Assembly: GCF_018350175.1 (NCBI RefSeq)
Contig: NC_058370.1
Coordinates: 90,644,001 to 90,708,000, forward strand
From: Felis catus
Taxonomy: Eukaryota
DNA length: 64,000 nt
Direction: 5' to 3'
Under the pieces are notes generated by a model, which was not told where the DNA came from, did not search any database, and saw only the letters and a program-made list of their open reading frames with translations. Position numbers and translations under genes: made by a program. Numbering within the stretch: position 1 is the stretch's first letter; each line of letters starts with the position of its first letter. This document shows, piece after piece, positions 50,099-62,465 of the stretch.

Positions 50099-52541
50099 AT
50101 GGACGGGGCTGTGATGGAAGGGCCGCTCTTTTTGCAAAGTCAGCGTTTCGGTACCAAGGTAGTCGGGGCAGGGGTTGCCGAGCCCCATCATACCTAGGGG
50201 TGGGCTGGAGACCCCAGAGAGAGAGAGAGAGAGGGAGGGGGCGGCAGCGGGTTGGATGGAGCGCCGGCCGGGAGTTGTAGAGCCCTATGACGTTCCCGCG
50301 AAGTTGATTTCACACTGCGGAGAAGCGGTGGCCGGCCTCGGGGTTCGCGCTTTCTGGTCCTGGGGAGACGGAGGGGCATCCTTCTCGGGAAACTTCGCCG
50401 TTCGTAGGGAAGATTTGGAGCCGAAATCGGCCCGCGCCGGTTCTCTCCTTTCCCGTCGGGGCGCAGACAGCCGGTGCTCGCCCGCTCCCTCCCCAGCGTC
50501 TCTCGCTCTCTCTCCCCAGAGATGGAGGAAGACCTGGGCCGTGCTCTATCCTGCCAGTCCCCACGGCGTAGCGCGGCTCGAGTTCTTTGACCACAAGGGG
50601 TCGGGCGCTGGAGGGGGCCGAGGGGGCTCGCGCCGCCTGGACTGCAAGGTGATCCGTCTGGCAGAGTGTGTGAGCGTGGCCCCCGTGGCTGTGGAGAGCC
50701 CCCCTGAGCCCGGCGCTTCAGCTTTCCGCCTGGACACTGCGCAGCGCTCCCACCTGCTGGCGGCCGACGCGCCGTCCAGCGCCGCCTGGGTGCAAACGCT
50801 GTGCCGAAACGCCTTTCCGGTGAGGGGGCCGGGGCGAAATGCACCGGGGCCAAGAAGCGACGCGGGGTGGGGGCAGTTACAGCAGTAAAGGGCCTGAGCT
50901 GGCTCAGACCCTGGGAACAGCGTGGAGGGAATTGCGGGGTCCTCCATACTGTTCTTCTCTTTACTCCAGAAAGGCAGTTGGGCTCTGGCGCCTGCTGAGA
51001 ACCCACCCAAGCTTTCTGCCTTGGAGATGCTGGAGAACTCGCTGTATAGCCCCACCTGGGAAGGTAGACGGCTGAGAGGCCCTGGCAGGGATGGGGGGGT
51101 GGGGTGGGGAAGGAAGGGTGTCCTTGGGAAGGGAGTGATTAAATGGTCAGGGGGCCATGGGGAAGTAGGAAGCTCCTGAAACTGGTTTCCAAGTGAGTGC
51201 TTGGGCAACCTGTTCCTGCTTCCCCAGCCCCCTCACTCACCTGTGCGGCCAGGTGCCAGTCTAATTGTGTATTCCTTCCAGGATCCCAGTTCTGGGTAAC
51301 TGTACAGAGGACTGAAGCCGCTGAGCGCTGTGGCCTGCATGGCTCCTATGTGCTGAGGGTGGAGGCTGAGAAGCTGACTCTCCTGACCATAGGGGCCCAG
51401 GGTCAGATACTGGAGCCACTCCTTTCCTGGCCTTATACTCTGTTGCGCCGCTATGGCCGGGACAAGGTGCGGGGTCTGTTGTGGCGCACTGACTTCCTAG
51501 GTGGGGCTAGCTGTGGGGTTGGTGGGGTGGGGCAGGACAGGAAGGTGGGAAGCCCTGTCCTCAGGATAAACCTTCCTTGCCTAGCCCATGACCCTCCCTT
51601 CCTCCCCAGGTAGTCTTTTCTTTGTGGATCCCCTAACTAGGTTGGGCCCTGTGACTCATCTCTCATGGCTCCTGGTAATGTGTTTCCCTCTACACTTTCT
51701 TCAGGTCATGTTCTCTTTTGAGGCTGGCCGCCGCTGCCCTTCAGGCCCTGGAACCTTCACCTTCCAGACAGCACAGGGGAATGATATCTTTCAGGCGGTT
51801 GAAACTGCTATTCACCGGCAGAAGGTCCAGGGAAAGGATGGTCAAGGGCAGGACAGTCTCAGAGCCGATTCCCATGAAGGAGAAGCGGCAGAAGGGAAGT
51901 TGGTGTCCCTCCCTGGCGCTCAGGAACTCCCGGGCACTCCTCCGGCCCTGTATGCTGAACCCTTAGACTCACTGCGCATTCCTTCAGGCCCTTCCCAGGA
52001 TTCCCTATACTCAGACCCCCTGGACAGCACCCCTGCTCGGGCAGGGGAGGCGGCACAGTTAAAGAAACCTCTTTACTGGGACTTGTACCAGCATGTGCAG
52101 CAGCAGTTGCTGAAGGCCAAGCTGACGGACCCCAAAGAGGACCCCATCTATGATGAACCTGAGGGCCTGGCCCCAGCTGCTCTCCGGGGCCTTTATGATT
52201 TGCCTCAGGAGCCCAAGGATGCATGGTGGTGCCAGGCTCGAGTGAAGGAGGAGGGCTACGAGCTCCCCTATAACCCTGCCACTGATGACTATGAAGTGCC
52301 ACCGCCTCCTCGGAGCACAAAGCCCCTCCTGGCTCCCAAGCCCCGGGGCCGGCCCTTCCCTGAGCCTGGAGTTGCAGCTGGTGGCGGTGGCAGTGGCGGT
52401 GGCGGTGGCAGAGGCCACAGTTCAGACACTGTCCTGTACAGCCAGGTCCAAAAGAGCGGTGGTACCCCAGGGAGCTGGGACTGTGGGCTGTCCAGGGCAG
52501 GGGCTGAAGGGACCAAGGCCAAGGCAGAGAGCTCCACATGA
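50099..52541 (+). CDS. DOK1: Docking protein 1 (p62dok), 491 aa
   Basis: Exons 50099-50158, 50520-50819, 50970-51063, 51282-51466, 51705-52541 (1476 nt). PH domain (MDGAVMEGPLFLQSQRFGTKRWRKTWAVLY), PTB ([24 protein letters not shown]), YAEP/YSDP/YDEP/YDLP/YELP/YSQV sites; ATTAAA at 52954-52959. Confidence 0.98.
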
Positions 52542-53089
52542 GAGGGCGAAACTGGGGACACTGTGGGAGGACCACGGGAAGGTGGCACTGGGGATCAAAG
52601 ATACTTGTTAGGACCTGCAGGAACCACAGGGCCGGAAGGTCCTGTGTGAGCCAGTCCAGGGCACCAGGGGGACCAGGGGAGTCAAGGGGAGGATGATCAA
52701 TCTCAAGAAGTCCTGAAAGTGGGACAGGTGGCAGGGGTGAGGGATAGGACTTGGGAGAGACCGGCACCCCTAAGTCATCCTCCCCAAAGGAATGGACAGC
52801 GCTGGACCAGGTCTATGAAGAGGGGTGCTTGCTCTGAGTTGGTGCAGTCAAAGGGGCCTACATGGAGGCTACAGGGAGCTGCTGAACTGTGCCTGGATCC
52901 TGACCCCTGCCTTGTTCTTTGCCAGAGACATAGATTTTAAAAAGTTTATTCTCATTAAAGTCAGTTTGGGTTTAAGAGGTCTATGTGTGTGAATAGTCAC
53001 AGAGATGCCATGGTGGCAGGGGTGCTGGGTGGGTGTGGAGGGGGTCAGGAGAATCCACAGAAGGAGGATGGGGTCGCAGGTGAGTGGAG

Positions 53090-53335
53090 CAGTGTGGTGG
53101 TTGAGAGCCTGGGTGGTCCAGTTGGGCCCACGTGGGCTTGAGCCTGTCTCTGTGATACTGAGCAAGTCATATAACATCTATAACCCTCAGTTTTCCTCAG
53201 TGACCCCCTGTAAAATGGGAAAACCCAATAACAGACTCTACTTCACAGGGTTGTTTGTGTGAAAGGAGTTAAATTTCTCAAGTACTTAGTGTGACCTGAA
53301 TCACAGATTAATCATTTTATAAATGGTAGTTATTC
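53090..53335 (+). mobile_element. MIR
   Basis: MIR core ctcagttttcctc...tgtaaaatggga...ctacttcacagggttgtttgtg. Confidence 0.7.
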
Positions 53336-53368
53336 TGTAGGTGGAAAAGGCCAACGGAAAGGTGGACA

Positions 53369-53670
53369 GGAGTGCCTGGGTGCCTCAGTCAGTTAGGCGT
53401 CCGACTCTTGGTTTCAGCTCAGGTCATGATCTCACATTAACGAGATCAAATCCTACGTTGGGCTCTGCGCTGACAGTGCTGACCCTGCTTGGGATTCNNN
53501 NNNNNNNNNNNNNNNNNNNNNNNNNNNNNNNNNNNNNNNNNNNNNNNNNNNNNNNNNNNNNNNNNNNNNNNNNNNNNNNNNNNNNNNNNNNNNNNNNNNN
53601 NNNNNNNNNNNNNNNNNNNNNNNNNNNNNNNNNNNNNNNNNNNNNNNNNNNNNNNNNNNNNNAGAGAGAA
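53369..53670 (+). mobile_element. Can-SINE, 3' half masked by N
   Basis: gagtgcctgggtgcctcagtcagttaggcgtccgactc head. Confidence 0.85.
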
Positions 53671-54279
53671 ATAGGAAGGAAACAGGCCTTTTCCACACCG
53701 TTTTCCCCTTCTCTTCTCAGCTATAGGACACCTCCTGCCCCCCCACCCCCCACTCTGCCTGTAGGTATCAGCACCAACCGCTTTTCTGTCTGAGGGCTGA
53801 AGGAAACCACAGTGTGGTGGGTGTAGCGGGAAGAATGCAGCCTTTGGAATGAGGCTTCGATTTCAATCCTACTTCTTTTCATGAGCTCTAAAAACCTTGT
53901 ACTTGTCTCCTGATGTCCAGTTTCCCGAAGGTGACCTGACCTTGTCTACCTGTTTACCAGGAACTACAAGGAGAAATTTGGGCTGGGAATGCTCCTAACA
54001 ATGGTAGAGACTTACTGGGTATTTAATCTGATACTGTGCTAACAGTATCAAATAATCCAAAAGAAAATGAGTTCCTGCTTGGAGAAGGAAAAAGTTCAGG
54101 TGTGTCTCTTCCAGGACTAAGCAGTGGGGCGGCAGCAGTTCTGAAGACTCAGGAGGGAAAGGCTCTGTTTCCCAGTCGCCTGGAGCTCACAGAGGCTCAG
54201 GTGGAGCAAAGGCCATTCACTGTATGAGCCTTAGTGTGGATGTGGTTGAACAGGGCCGCCAGGCTCTGGTGCTGGTGAC

Positions 54280-56913
54280 TTAGGGCCCAGAGGGATACTC
54301 CTCCCCTTTCTGCTCCTCCACTTCTTCCTCCTTGGAAGGCCAGAAGAAAACTTCTGAGGAAGGCTTGCTGGCTGCTGGCATCTTGGGGGCTCTGCCAGGG
54401 GTTGGAGTCATAGGCAGGGGGGCCACTGTGGCTCGAACTCGGTTTGTCTGCAACTGCCCAGCCTACAAAGAAAGCAGAGAGTTCTCTGAGGCCCAGACAT
54501 GGCTCCCCATCTCCTGTCCTGTTCCTTGTTGGGCCTCCTATCCTAACTCCTTCACGTGTCCCATCCCTTAAGTGACAGCCTCAAAGTCGAGGGCGGTGGA
54601 GTCCCCTGGGCTTGTCTCCACAGTGCCGGTCTCCTGGCTGAGTGTTCCTTCTCTGTTAGCTTGTCCATCAGCTAACTTGTGGTGGGCTCAGCTCCCATCT
54701 TTAGATTGACTGTAGTTTGGAAAGATCTTTCTTTTGTAACTTCAGCTAAGGCAAAGCAGGAGTTCCTAAAGGTTCTGTTACTAAGAAATTAGGAAAAGAT
54801 TAAGAATTTATATTCTATACAAACACTGTAGAATATAAATTTCATAAAAAATAACTCCACCCTCAATTACTCTTCTCTCTGTAACCCTTGTTGAGAAAGC
54901 CTGGACTCCAATGTACTAAGCTTGGTCAGCCTCCTTTTCCTCATCTGTACAGTGAACATAACACTTACCTTGCAGGGATGCTGTAGGGATTAAACGAGAA
55001 AGATATTTGTGAGAGCACTGGTCACAAAACCTGGCAAATGGCTGGTGTTCAGTACATGCTAATTTCCTTTCCTTTGGATATTTCTTTTTCCACCTTCAAT
55101 TCAGCCTTTTCTTTAAACAGAACCTGTGCTCTCAGTACTGCCAATTTGCTTAGTGGGACAATGGTCTGCTACATGACTAATGGATTATCACAAGTGCACA
55201 GTGAAGATGCCTAAACATCACCATATGTAAGTGCCCAGGCAGAAAACCCTCCCTACCGGACAGGGGTTGTAATTTCCTTGGTCTAGGGCAAAGGGCTGTT
55301 CTTTTTCTCCTTCCCTGGTTGGCCTGGTTTTCCCCTCCACCAGGGGAGGGGGCTGCTCCCTGGGATGGGGGGAGCCAGGGACAGGGGAGGAGGTCTCTCT
55401 TGGATTCTGGGCATAAAGGAGGGAGTAGGGAGGGAGCTGTACCTTTCTCAGGGCCCGGCTTTCCAAGCTTGGCTGGATCCGGCCCTGAAGCTTGGTCAAG
55501 GTGTTGCTCAGGTGTGAGTACAGGTGGCTCCAAGCCTGCAAGGGGTTGTAGGTGGGCTCTAGCTCCAGGCTGTCCAGCACCCTCTGTGGAAGAGAGAACA
55601 GAAGACTCACCCAGGGAGCTTGAGGTCACAGAACACAGTAAGAGACCTTGGACTGTGAGAGACTGGAGGATGTGTGAAGACCCGGGGCTTGGCTCAAGAC
55701 TGAAGTAGATGAGGGTCTCTGCTGGGTGTTCCGGCCCCCAGGTCTGAGTGTCTGTGATGTAAGTGTCAGGTAAGAGTGCAACAAGTAGGTATAGCCGTGA
55801 GTGGCTAGGGACACCAAATACTCTGGCTCTGAGAAGCGTGTCATGGGATTCTGAGAGGGGCTGAAGTGCTGGAAGGGTCACAAGGGATCCAGTGTGCGGG
55901 CTGTGAGAGAGGGTGTGACTGAGGCCTGGGGCTGCTCACAGTCTGCAGGGGCAGTACATGGAGTTCTTCGCCTGCTAGGTGAGCAGAGCCGGAGCCGGAG
56001 GGCACACAAGCACAGCATTCCTGAGCAGTCAGGTTTTCCGGCCACAACATCCTGTGCCAGGAACCACTGGCTCTGAAGTGAGACACTGAGCGAGCCACAG
56101 CCACTCGTGCCCACCTCTTTTTGCATCCCGGTGGCCGCCAAGGCAAGAACACAATCCCAAGCTCTGTCCTCTCTGCACGTAAGCCAGTGATCCAGCAGCA
56201 ATGTGGCTCCAGTTCTCCCTGCCCAGAGCCCTTCCTCCTGCCCCCAGCCAGAGGAGGCTGGCAGAGGAAATCCAGAATCCAGATCCAAGGAAGACAGGAG
56301 AAGGGGGGAGAAGGGGGGGAAAGGGAAAGATGGGGGAGGGGAGGAGGGGGAAAACGGTGGCAGTGCAGTTCTCTCCATTGCATGGGAGTCTCATTTTGAA
56401 GCCCTTCCTATCCTGAATGCCTGCATTGACTGCCTTTTCCCCTTTTCCTCAACAAACAGATACACACGCACAAAGCAGAGAAAGACACCACCACACAGAC
56501 ACACATCACATTACCTCCTTCCACCTGGCCTCAGTTCCTACCTTCGCTTTCTTCTCTCACCCTCCACCACCTTCTTGGAACAACCACTCCTCCCTCTGCT
56601 CCCCAGTCCTTTCTCCCACAGGCTAATTCCTCTCCCGTATCCTTTTCTCCAGCTCCCAACTCTTCTCTCCCTTCTGTCTGCCCCATGAGATCTGAGCTTC
56701 ACTTGCCTCCACAGTCTTAAGGCTGACGTCAGTTGGGTCCTCAGGCAGTGGGGGGAAGGGGCTGGGCAGCAACAGTTCCCTAGTGGCCACTGCCTTCACC
56801 AGCAGAGTGGGGGAGCGTGATGGCACAATCACATAGAAAGTGCTGGCAGGCGTTCTCAGGCTGTGTCCTCCACTCAGGGGCTCCCCTTTGGCCAACAGCA
56901 GCCATTCTCTTTT
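54280..56913 (-). CDS. M1AP: Meiosis 1 associated protein, last four coding exons (5' part lies beyond the window)
   Basis: Exons 56707-56913 (KREWLLLAKGEP...LLVKAVATRELLLP; GC donor), 55443-55583 (LDSLELEPTYNPL), 54969-54980 (HPCK), 54280-54462 (GQLQTNRVRATVAPLPMTP...*); minus-strand ATTAAA at ~54022-54027. Confidence 0.93.
54895..55065 (+). mobile_element. MIR containing the M1AP microexon
   Basis: ttttcctcatctgtacagtg...cttaccttgcagggatgctgtagggattaaacgaga...cctggca matches MIR core as recalled. Confidence 0.8.
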
Positions 56914-57154
56914 CTGAAACAAGAGCATATATAAATGCTGGTTCACCTTCAGTCTTTGGCATGTTTTGAAGATCTATCTCAATCAAGGCTTCCCCAAGTT
57001 TCTCTGGGGGTGTCAGGGAGGACTGAACCATTTTTCTTTGGTCCTGGGAGACAGGGACTTCCTAACTGAGTTGCCCCAAGGGAGTGCTCTTCCTCCCTGG
57101 TTGGAGTTGTACACAGAACGGTTCACAATGCAGAGACAAGACAGGCCCTTTCTT

Positions 57155-57181
57155 GTTATTTTTTAAATGTTTACTTATTTT

Positions 57182-57225
<44 letters not shown>

Positions 57226-57373
57226 GCAGGGGGAGGGGCAGAGCAAGAGGGAGAGAGAGTCCCAAGCAGGCTCTGTGCCGACACTGGGCTCAAACCCATA
57301 AACCCACAAACTGTGAGATCATGAACTGAAATCAAGAGTTAGGCGCTAAACCAACTGAGCCACCCAGGCGCCC
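57155..57373 (-). mobile_element. Can-SINE with (GA)n expansion
   Basis: T-tail, (GA)n 57187-57222, ends cccaggcgcccc. Confidence 0.9.
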
Positions 57374-57469
57374 CAAGAGATGCCCTTTAACCTGAAGTAG
57401 GTGTTCACCCTGGAGATGGCTAATGTATTACTCAATGGTAAATGTAGAATTTTAAGAATTACAATTCTT

Positions 57470-58154
57470 TTTTTAGGGGCGCCTGGGTGGCTTAGTTGGT
57501 TGAGTGTCCGACTTTGGGTCAGGTCATGATCTCATGGTTCGTGAGTTCGAGCTCCGCATCAGGCTCTGTGTTGACAGCTTGGAGCCTGCTTCGGATTCTG
57601 TGTCTCCCTCTCTCTCTGCCCCTCCCCTGCTAGTGCTCTGTCTTCCTGACTCTCAAAAATAAAATAAACATTAAAAAAAACTTTTTAAAAAAAAAATTTT
57701 TTTTTCAATGTTTATTTATTTTTGGGACAGAGAGAGACACAGCATGAACGGGGGAGGGGCAGAGAGAGAGGGAGACACAGAATCGGGAACAGGTTCCAGG
57801 CTCTGGGCCATCAGCCCAGAGCCTGACGCGGGGCTCGAACTCACGGACCGCGAGATCGTGACCTGGCTGAAGTCGGACGCTTAACCGACTGCGCCACCCA
57901 GGCGCCCCTAAAAAAAAACTTAAAAAAAAATATTTCTGAGAGGGAGAGGGAGAAAGAGAGAGAGAAAGAGAGAGCGAGAGAGAGTGAGAGAGAGAATGAC
58001 CAGTGGAGGGGCAGAGAGAGGGGGACAGAGGATCCAAAGCGGGACTCTGCACTGACAGCAGCCAGCCCAATGCAGGGCTCAAACCCATGAACCCACGAGA
58101 GCATAACCTGAGCTGAAGTTGGATACTCAACCAACGGAGCCACTTGGGCGCGCC
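57470..58154. mobile_element. Nested cluster of three SINEs (+57476-57690, -57695-57908, -57915-58154)
   Basis: Whole cluster bounded by TSD aagaattacaattctt (57454-57469 and 58155-58170). Confidence 0.9.
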
Positions 58155-59101
58155 AAGAATTACAATTCTTAAAAACAGTCTTGAAATACCGACTTGTGTG
58201 GGCTGTTGTGAAAATTCAGGTCTTGTTTAGAGGGTGACAAAATGTGCTTGTGCTGCATGACTGAGATCAGAGTGGGCTGGTTAGGGAATATCTGTAGAAT
58301 ACCCAGAAAGGGTTTAAGAAGGTGATCAAAGTCACCTGCCAAAGCAAGAGGAGGAGGAGACAGCAGGGAGAGAAAAGTTTCGGTACAAAGAGGCCAGTGG
58401 GTGCAGGATCCTTGAGATCAACACAGCTAGTCACAGGACAAAAAGAAGGGTCAGAATTCCAGGGGCAGTGACTCTGAGTGAAAGGTTCTGCAGAACAGAG
58501 GGGGTGACACTTTGCTGTGTGCCATGGGTCAGGAGAAGAGACACACAGACCTATTAGCAGATTTTCTAGGTGTGCCCTTTTAAATCAGGCATGGGAATAA
58601 GGCAATTTTCTTTGGTAGTTTTTCAAGGAAAACCACAAAACTCTTAAGAAATGTGGAGTCAGACTGTTACGATCATCTGCAAATTGTGCCCTCTTGCTTG
58701 AGGTGATCAGCACTTCCACCTGGCACAAACATAACAGCCTCTCTGCTACAGAAGATGAAAGCAAGCACATTAGCTCCACCCACTCTAACTGATACAAAAA
58801 GTTGGAAGAATATGAGAGGAAAGGCAAACAGCGGGGAAAGATTTTAAGGGGATTGAGGAGTATCAGTGTCTTGTGGAAGACAAGTGGAAAGTGACACAGT
58901 GAAGCACAAAAAACCCTGCTGTAGCATTAGAGTTACACCCTAGGGGGAATGTGCTGGGGTGGAGGTGGTGCAGAAGTTTCCAGACACTTAAAAGCAGTGT
59001 CATCATTTTGTGCACCACAGAACTGTGAGGAGATCTGGTAGGCTGGGAAGGTGGTAGGTACCTTTAGAAGTTTATGCTTTCATAACATTTTGCTCATATC
59101 T

Positions 59102-59256
59102 GGGGTGTCTGGGTGGCTCAGTCAGTTAAGCGTCCAACTTCAGCTCAGGTCATGATCTCAACGGTTTGTGAGTTTGAGCCTCAAGTTGGGCTCTGTGCTG
59201 ACACTCAGAGCCTGGAATCCTCTTCAGATTCTGTGTCTCCCTCTCCCTCTGCTCCT
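59102..59256 (+). mobile_element. 3'-truncated Can-SINE
   Basis: Head and body present, no A-tail. Confidence 0.85.
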
Positions 59257-59452
59257 ATTATTTTAGTCTATTTTTTATGCTGGTTCATGCATTTGTGAAC
59301 TAGTTTGTTTATTTATTAAGAATGCGTTGGGTGGCTGTTACGTCCGAAGCACTAGGCATGAATATGTAGAAATTCATTAGACATGTTTCTTGCCCTTTGA
59401 GAGTTTATATATAGTAAAGGGAAGGTTTGTAAATTAACGTTTGTCCAGTACT

Positions 59453-59551
59453 TAGGATGACCACCTGTTCTGGTTTGCCCATTTAGCAATGAAAGCCCTA
59501 CATCTCAGAAAACCCCCCAATGCTGGGCAAACTGGTGTGGTTGGTCACCCT
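59453..59551. mobile_element. Small non-autonomous DNA transposon (MER94/hAT-like)
   Basis: Imperfect terminal inverted repeats aggatgacca...ggtttgccca / tgggcaaactgg...tggtcaccct. Confidence 0.6.
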
Positions 59552-59749
59552 TCCACGATTCCACAGACAGTAGAGTATCTTTCCACTGTGGCAAGTCACT
59601 GGGGGCTAAAACTATGGCATTGTAACATGTAACATTTCTTGAACTTTTTTTTTTTTTTTTTTTTTTTAGGCAATGTGACATTTCTTACACCTCAGTGTTA
59701 TGGGACAAATTCATGACTGCTACACTGTGGGATTACTGGGAAACCCCGA

Positions 59750-60188
59750 GGGGCACCTGTGTGGCTCAGTTGGTTGAGCATCCAACTTTGGCTCAGGTCA
59801 TGATCTCATGGCTCTTGAGTTCAAGTCCCACATCGGGCTCTGTGCTGACAGCTCAGAACCTGGAGCCTGCTTCGGATTCTGTGTCTCTCTCTTTCTCTGT
59901 CCCTCCCCTGCTCATACTTTGTCTTTCAAAAATAAATAAACATTAAGAAATTAAACAAAAAAGGAACTTAAAAAATTTTTTTAAATGTTTTTATTTATTT
60001 TTCACAGAGAGAGAGACAAAGCATGAGTGGGGGAGGGACAGAGAGAGAGGGAGACACAGAATCCCAAGCAGGCTCCAGGCTCTGAGCTGTCAGCACAGAG
60101 CCCAACATGGGGCTCGAACTCACAGACCGCGAGATCATTACCTGAGCCAAAGTCAGACGCTCAACCGACTGAGCCACCCAGGCACTCC
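59750..60188. mobile_element. Tail-to-tail SINE pair (+59750-59955, -59975-60188)
   Basis: Second SINE flanked by TSD caaaaaaggaactt, inserted at the first SINE's tail. Confidence 0.9.
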
Positions 60189-60324
60189 CAAAAAAGGAAC
60201 TTTGAATGCTGCACACAAAAAATTATGATCCTTAAAATTTGAGCCTATTGATTTTGAGACAACAGCTAAGATTCTATTATAGAACTGGTATACAGAATTG
60301 ACTGAGGTCTCTCAAAAGTAACTC

Positions 60325-60527
60325 CTTTTTTAAAAAGTTATTTATTTTTGAGAGATAGAGCACAAGCATGAGAGTGTCAGAGAGACAGGGAGACAGAGAA
60401 TCCCAACCAGGCTCCACGCTGTCAGTTCAGAGCCTCACATGGGGCTCAAACTCATGAACGATGAGATTATGATCTGAGCTGAAATCAAGAGTAGGACCCT
60501 TAACCAACTGAGCCGCCCAAGTACCCC
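60325..60527 (-). mobile_element. Can-SINE
   Basis: TSD ctcaaaagtaactcct. Confidence 0.88.
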
Positions 60528-61034
60528 TCAAAAGTAACTCCTGATGTGTGGGCTTTCAGAGGACTAGGAAGAGATTGAGTTGAAAGGATTTTGCAGACTG
60601 CTTTAAAACTTCTGGGCTGATTTAAAGAGAGGTTAGAGTAAGGCTCTGGAAGGAAGAGAAGCAAATGCACTTACTAGAGTTTGATAAAGATATTACTTCA
60701 TCTGTAATTCTCAGGAGCATTTGGGGGTAAAGTGAGAGATAGGAAAGTTGAACTTTAAGATCCTTATTTTGGACTCTGAATTTCTAACCTCTTCCTGGAC
60801 AGTAGTTAATGGCAGTGGAGATCTAAAGTCTAGGACCCAAGCTTGAACATGTTACCCAGGTAATGGGTTGACTTGTAGGTACAGGCAGCTGTACCTGTGA
60901 TGGAAATGGTTAACTGCCATGGCAGGTAGGCAAAGTTGAGAAAAGACAAGAGCATGTCCCAGAAGAGTAGTTTTTGGGGTCCTCAAATTGAACAATGCTT
61001 AATGACTACAGATGACAATAGGCTTTTTCTAATT

Positions 61035-61149
61035 CTATTTTTTTAAGATTTTATTTTTTAAGTAATCTCTATACCCAACATGGGGCTCAAATTTACAACC
61101 CCAAGACCAAGAATCTCATGCTCTACCGACTGAGCCAGCCCAGTGCCCC
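61035..61149 (-). mobile_element. Short Can-SINE
   Basis: taagattttattttttaagtaatctctatacccaacatggggctc...gagccagcccagtgcccc. Confidence 0.8.
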
Positions 61150-61469
61150 TTTGCAAATTTCCAAAGAAAGGAGAATGAGTTAGATGGTGAATTTATCAGA
61201 AGACAGGTAAAAATGTATCTGCATTTATGATACGTTTGCTACAGAAGGTGCTAGGGAGCTTAGATTTTAGGAGGTGGGGACTGATTCTGTTTAGAACAGG
61301 TATGGACGGGGCAGAGTGGAAGGGCATGCCATGCTCCAAACTCATTCTTCCCCACCTCTGCCCTAACTTCTAATTTCTAAGGCTGTGAAGGAAAGCATAG
61401 CCACTGCTGGTTGACTGGCCACTACTCCCTCATCCCACTCCCTTCTCCCTACACATTTTTCAGTCTTTC

Positions 61470-61855
61470 AGTGATTGGTCTGGGGTGACATGTGACCTTG
61501 ATTTAAATAATGAGACAAGCAGAAGTTGCTGTGTGGGTCTTCTGGGAAAGCTTCCTAATATGTTGGCAGGCTTTTGCCTCTTTACCCTATTCCTTCTTTC
61601 TCCCTGGAATAGGATTGGTCTTAAGGTGTAATAGCCACATGAGGAATAGGCATAAGGATGAAGTACATTTGCCATGGATGCTGCAGTGGAAAAATGCAAA
61701 GATCCTGGTCCATGATGGTATCATTGATTAACTGTATTGGTTTCAGAATTGTCTGTCTCCATTACTTCTTGTTATATCAGAAAAATAAACTCTTAATTAC
61801 CCAAGTTAGAGTTGGATTCGATTTCTGTTAGCTGCAGCCAAAGGGATCCTTTACA
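61470..61855 (+). mobile_element. MaLR LTR fragment (MLT1-like)
   Basis: gattggtc...catgtgacc, acttcttgttat...aataaac, ttctgttagctgcagccaaa 3' end typical of MLT1. Confidence 0.55.
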
Positions 61856-62232
61856 GATAGCAAAGGAAAGGAAGAGGATGTGGCTAACGAGGAGACAGAA
61901 GTAGAAGGGACAAGTTTAATGACACGGTTGTAGGCCTTGCCAGAAGGGCAGATGGGGATTTATTATAGCAGGTAAAAGCTTTAATTCTGCTAAACTAGCA
62001 TTTCCTTGGTCTGCCATCAATATGATGTCCTGGGACCAAATTAAGCAATTAAAGTTTTTGGGAAGTCCAATGTTATACATGGATTTTTGACTGCAAGGGA
62101 NNNNNNNNNNNNNNNNNNNNNNNNNNNNNNNNNNNNNNNNNNNNNNNNNNNNNNNNNNNNNNNNNNNNNNNNNNNNNNNNNNNNNNNNNNNNNNNNNNNN
62201 NNNNNNNNNNNNNNNNNNNNNNNNNNNNNNNN

Positions 62233-62465
62233 GGATAAAAACTACACAATCATCTCAAAAGATGCAGAAAAAGCATTTGATAAAATCCAAAACCCTTTCA
62301 GGAACAAATTAGAAACAGAGTAGAACTTAACCTGGCAAACGGCTCTACAAAAATCCCACAACTAACATCATAAGTAGTGCTGAAAGACTGGATGCTTTGT
62401 CCCTAAGGTCAGGAACAAGACAAAGGTATCTGCTCTTGCCACTTCTATTCAACATTGTATTGGAG
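62233..62465 (+). mobile_element. LINE-1 ORF2 (RT) fragment
   Basis: DKNYTIISKDAEKAFDKIQNPF and cctaaggtcaggaacaagacaaagg...ccacttctattcaacattgtattgga. Confidence 0.9.

Noticed and set aside
50194-52767. 220-302 aa minus-strand ORFs
   Set aside because: Antisense shadows of DOK1 coding exons
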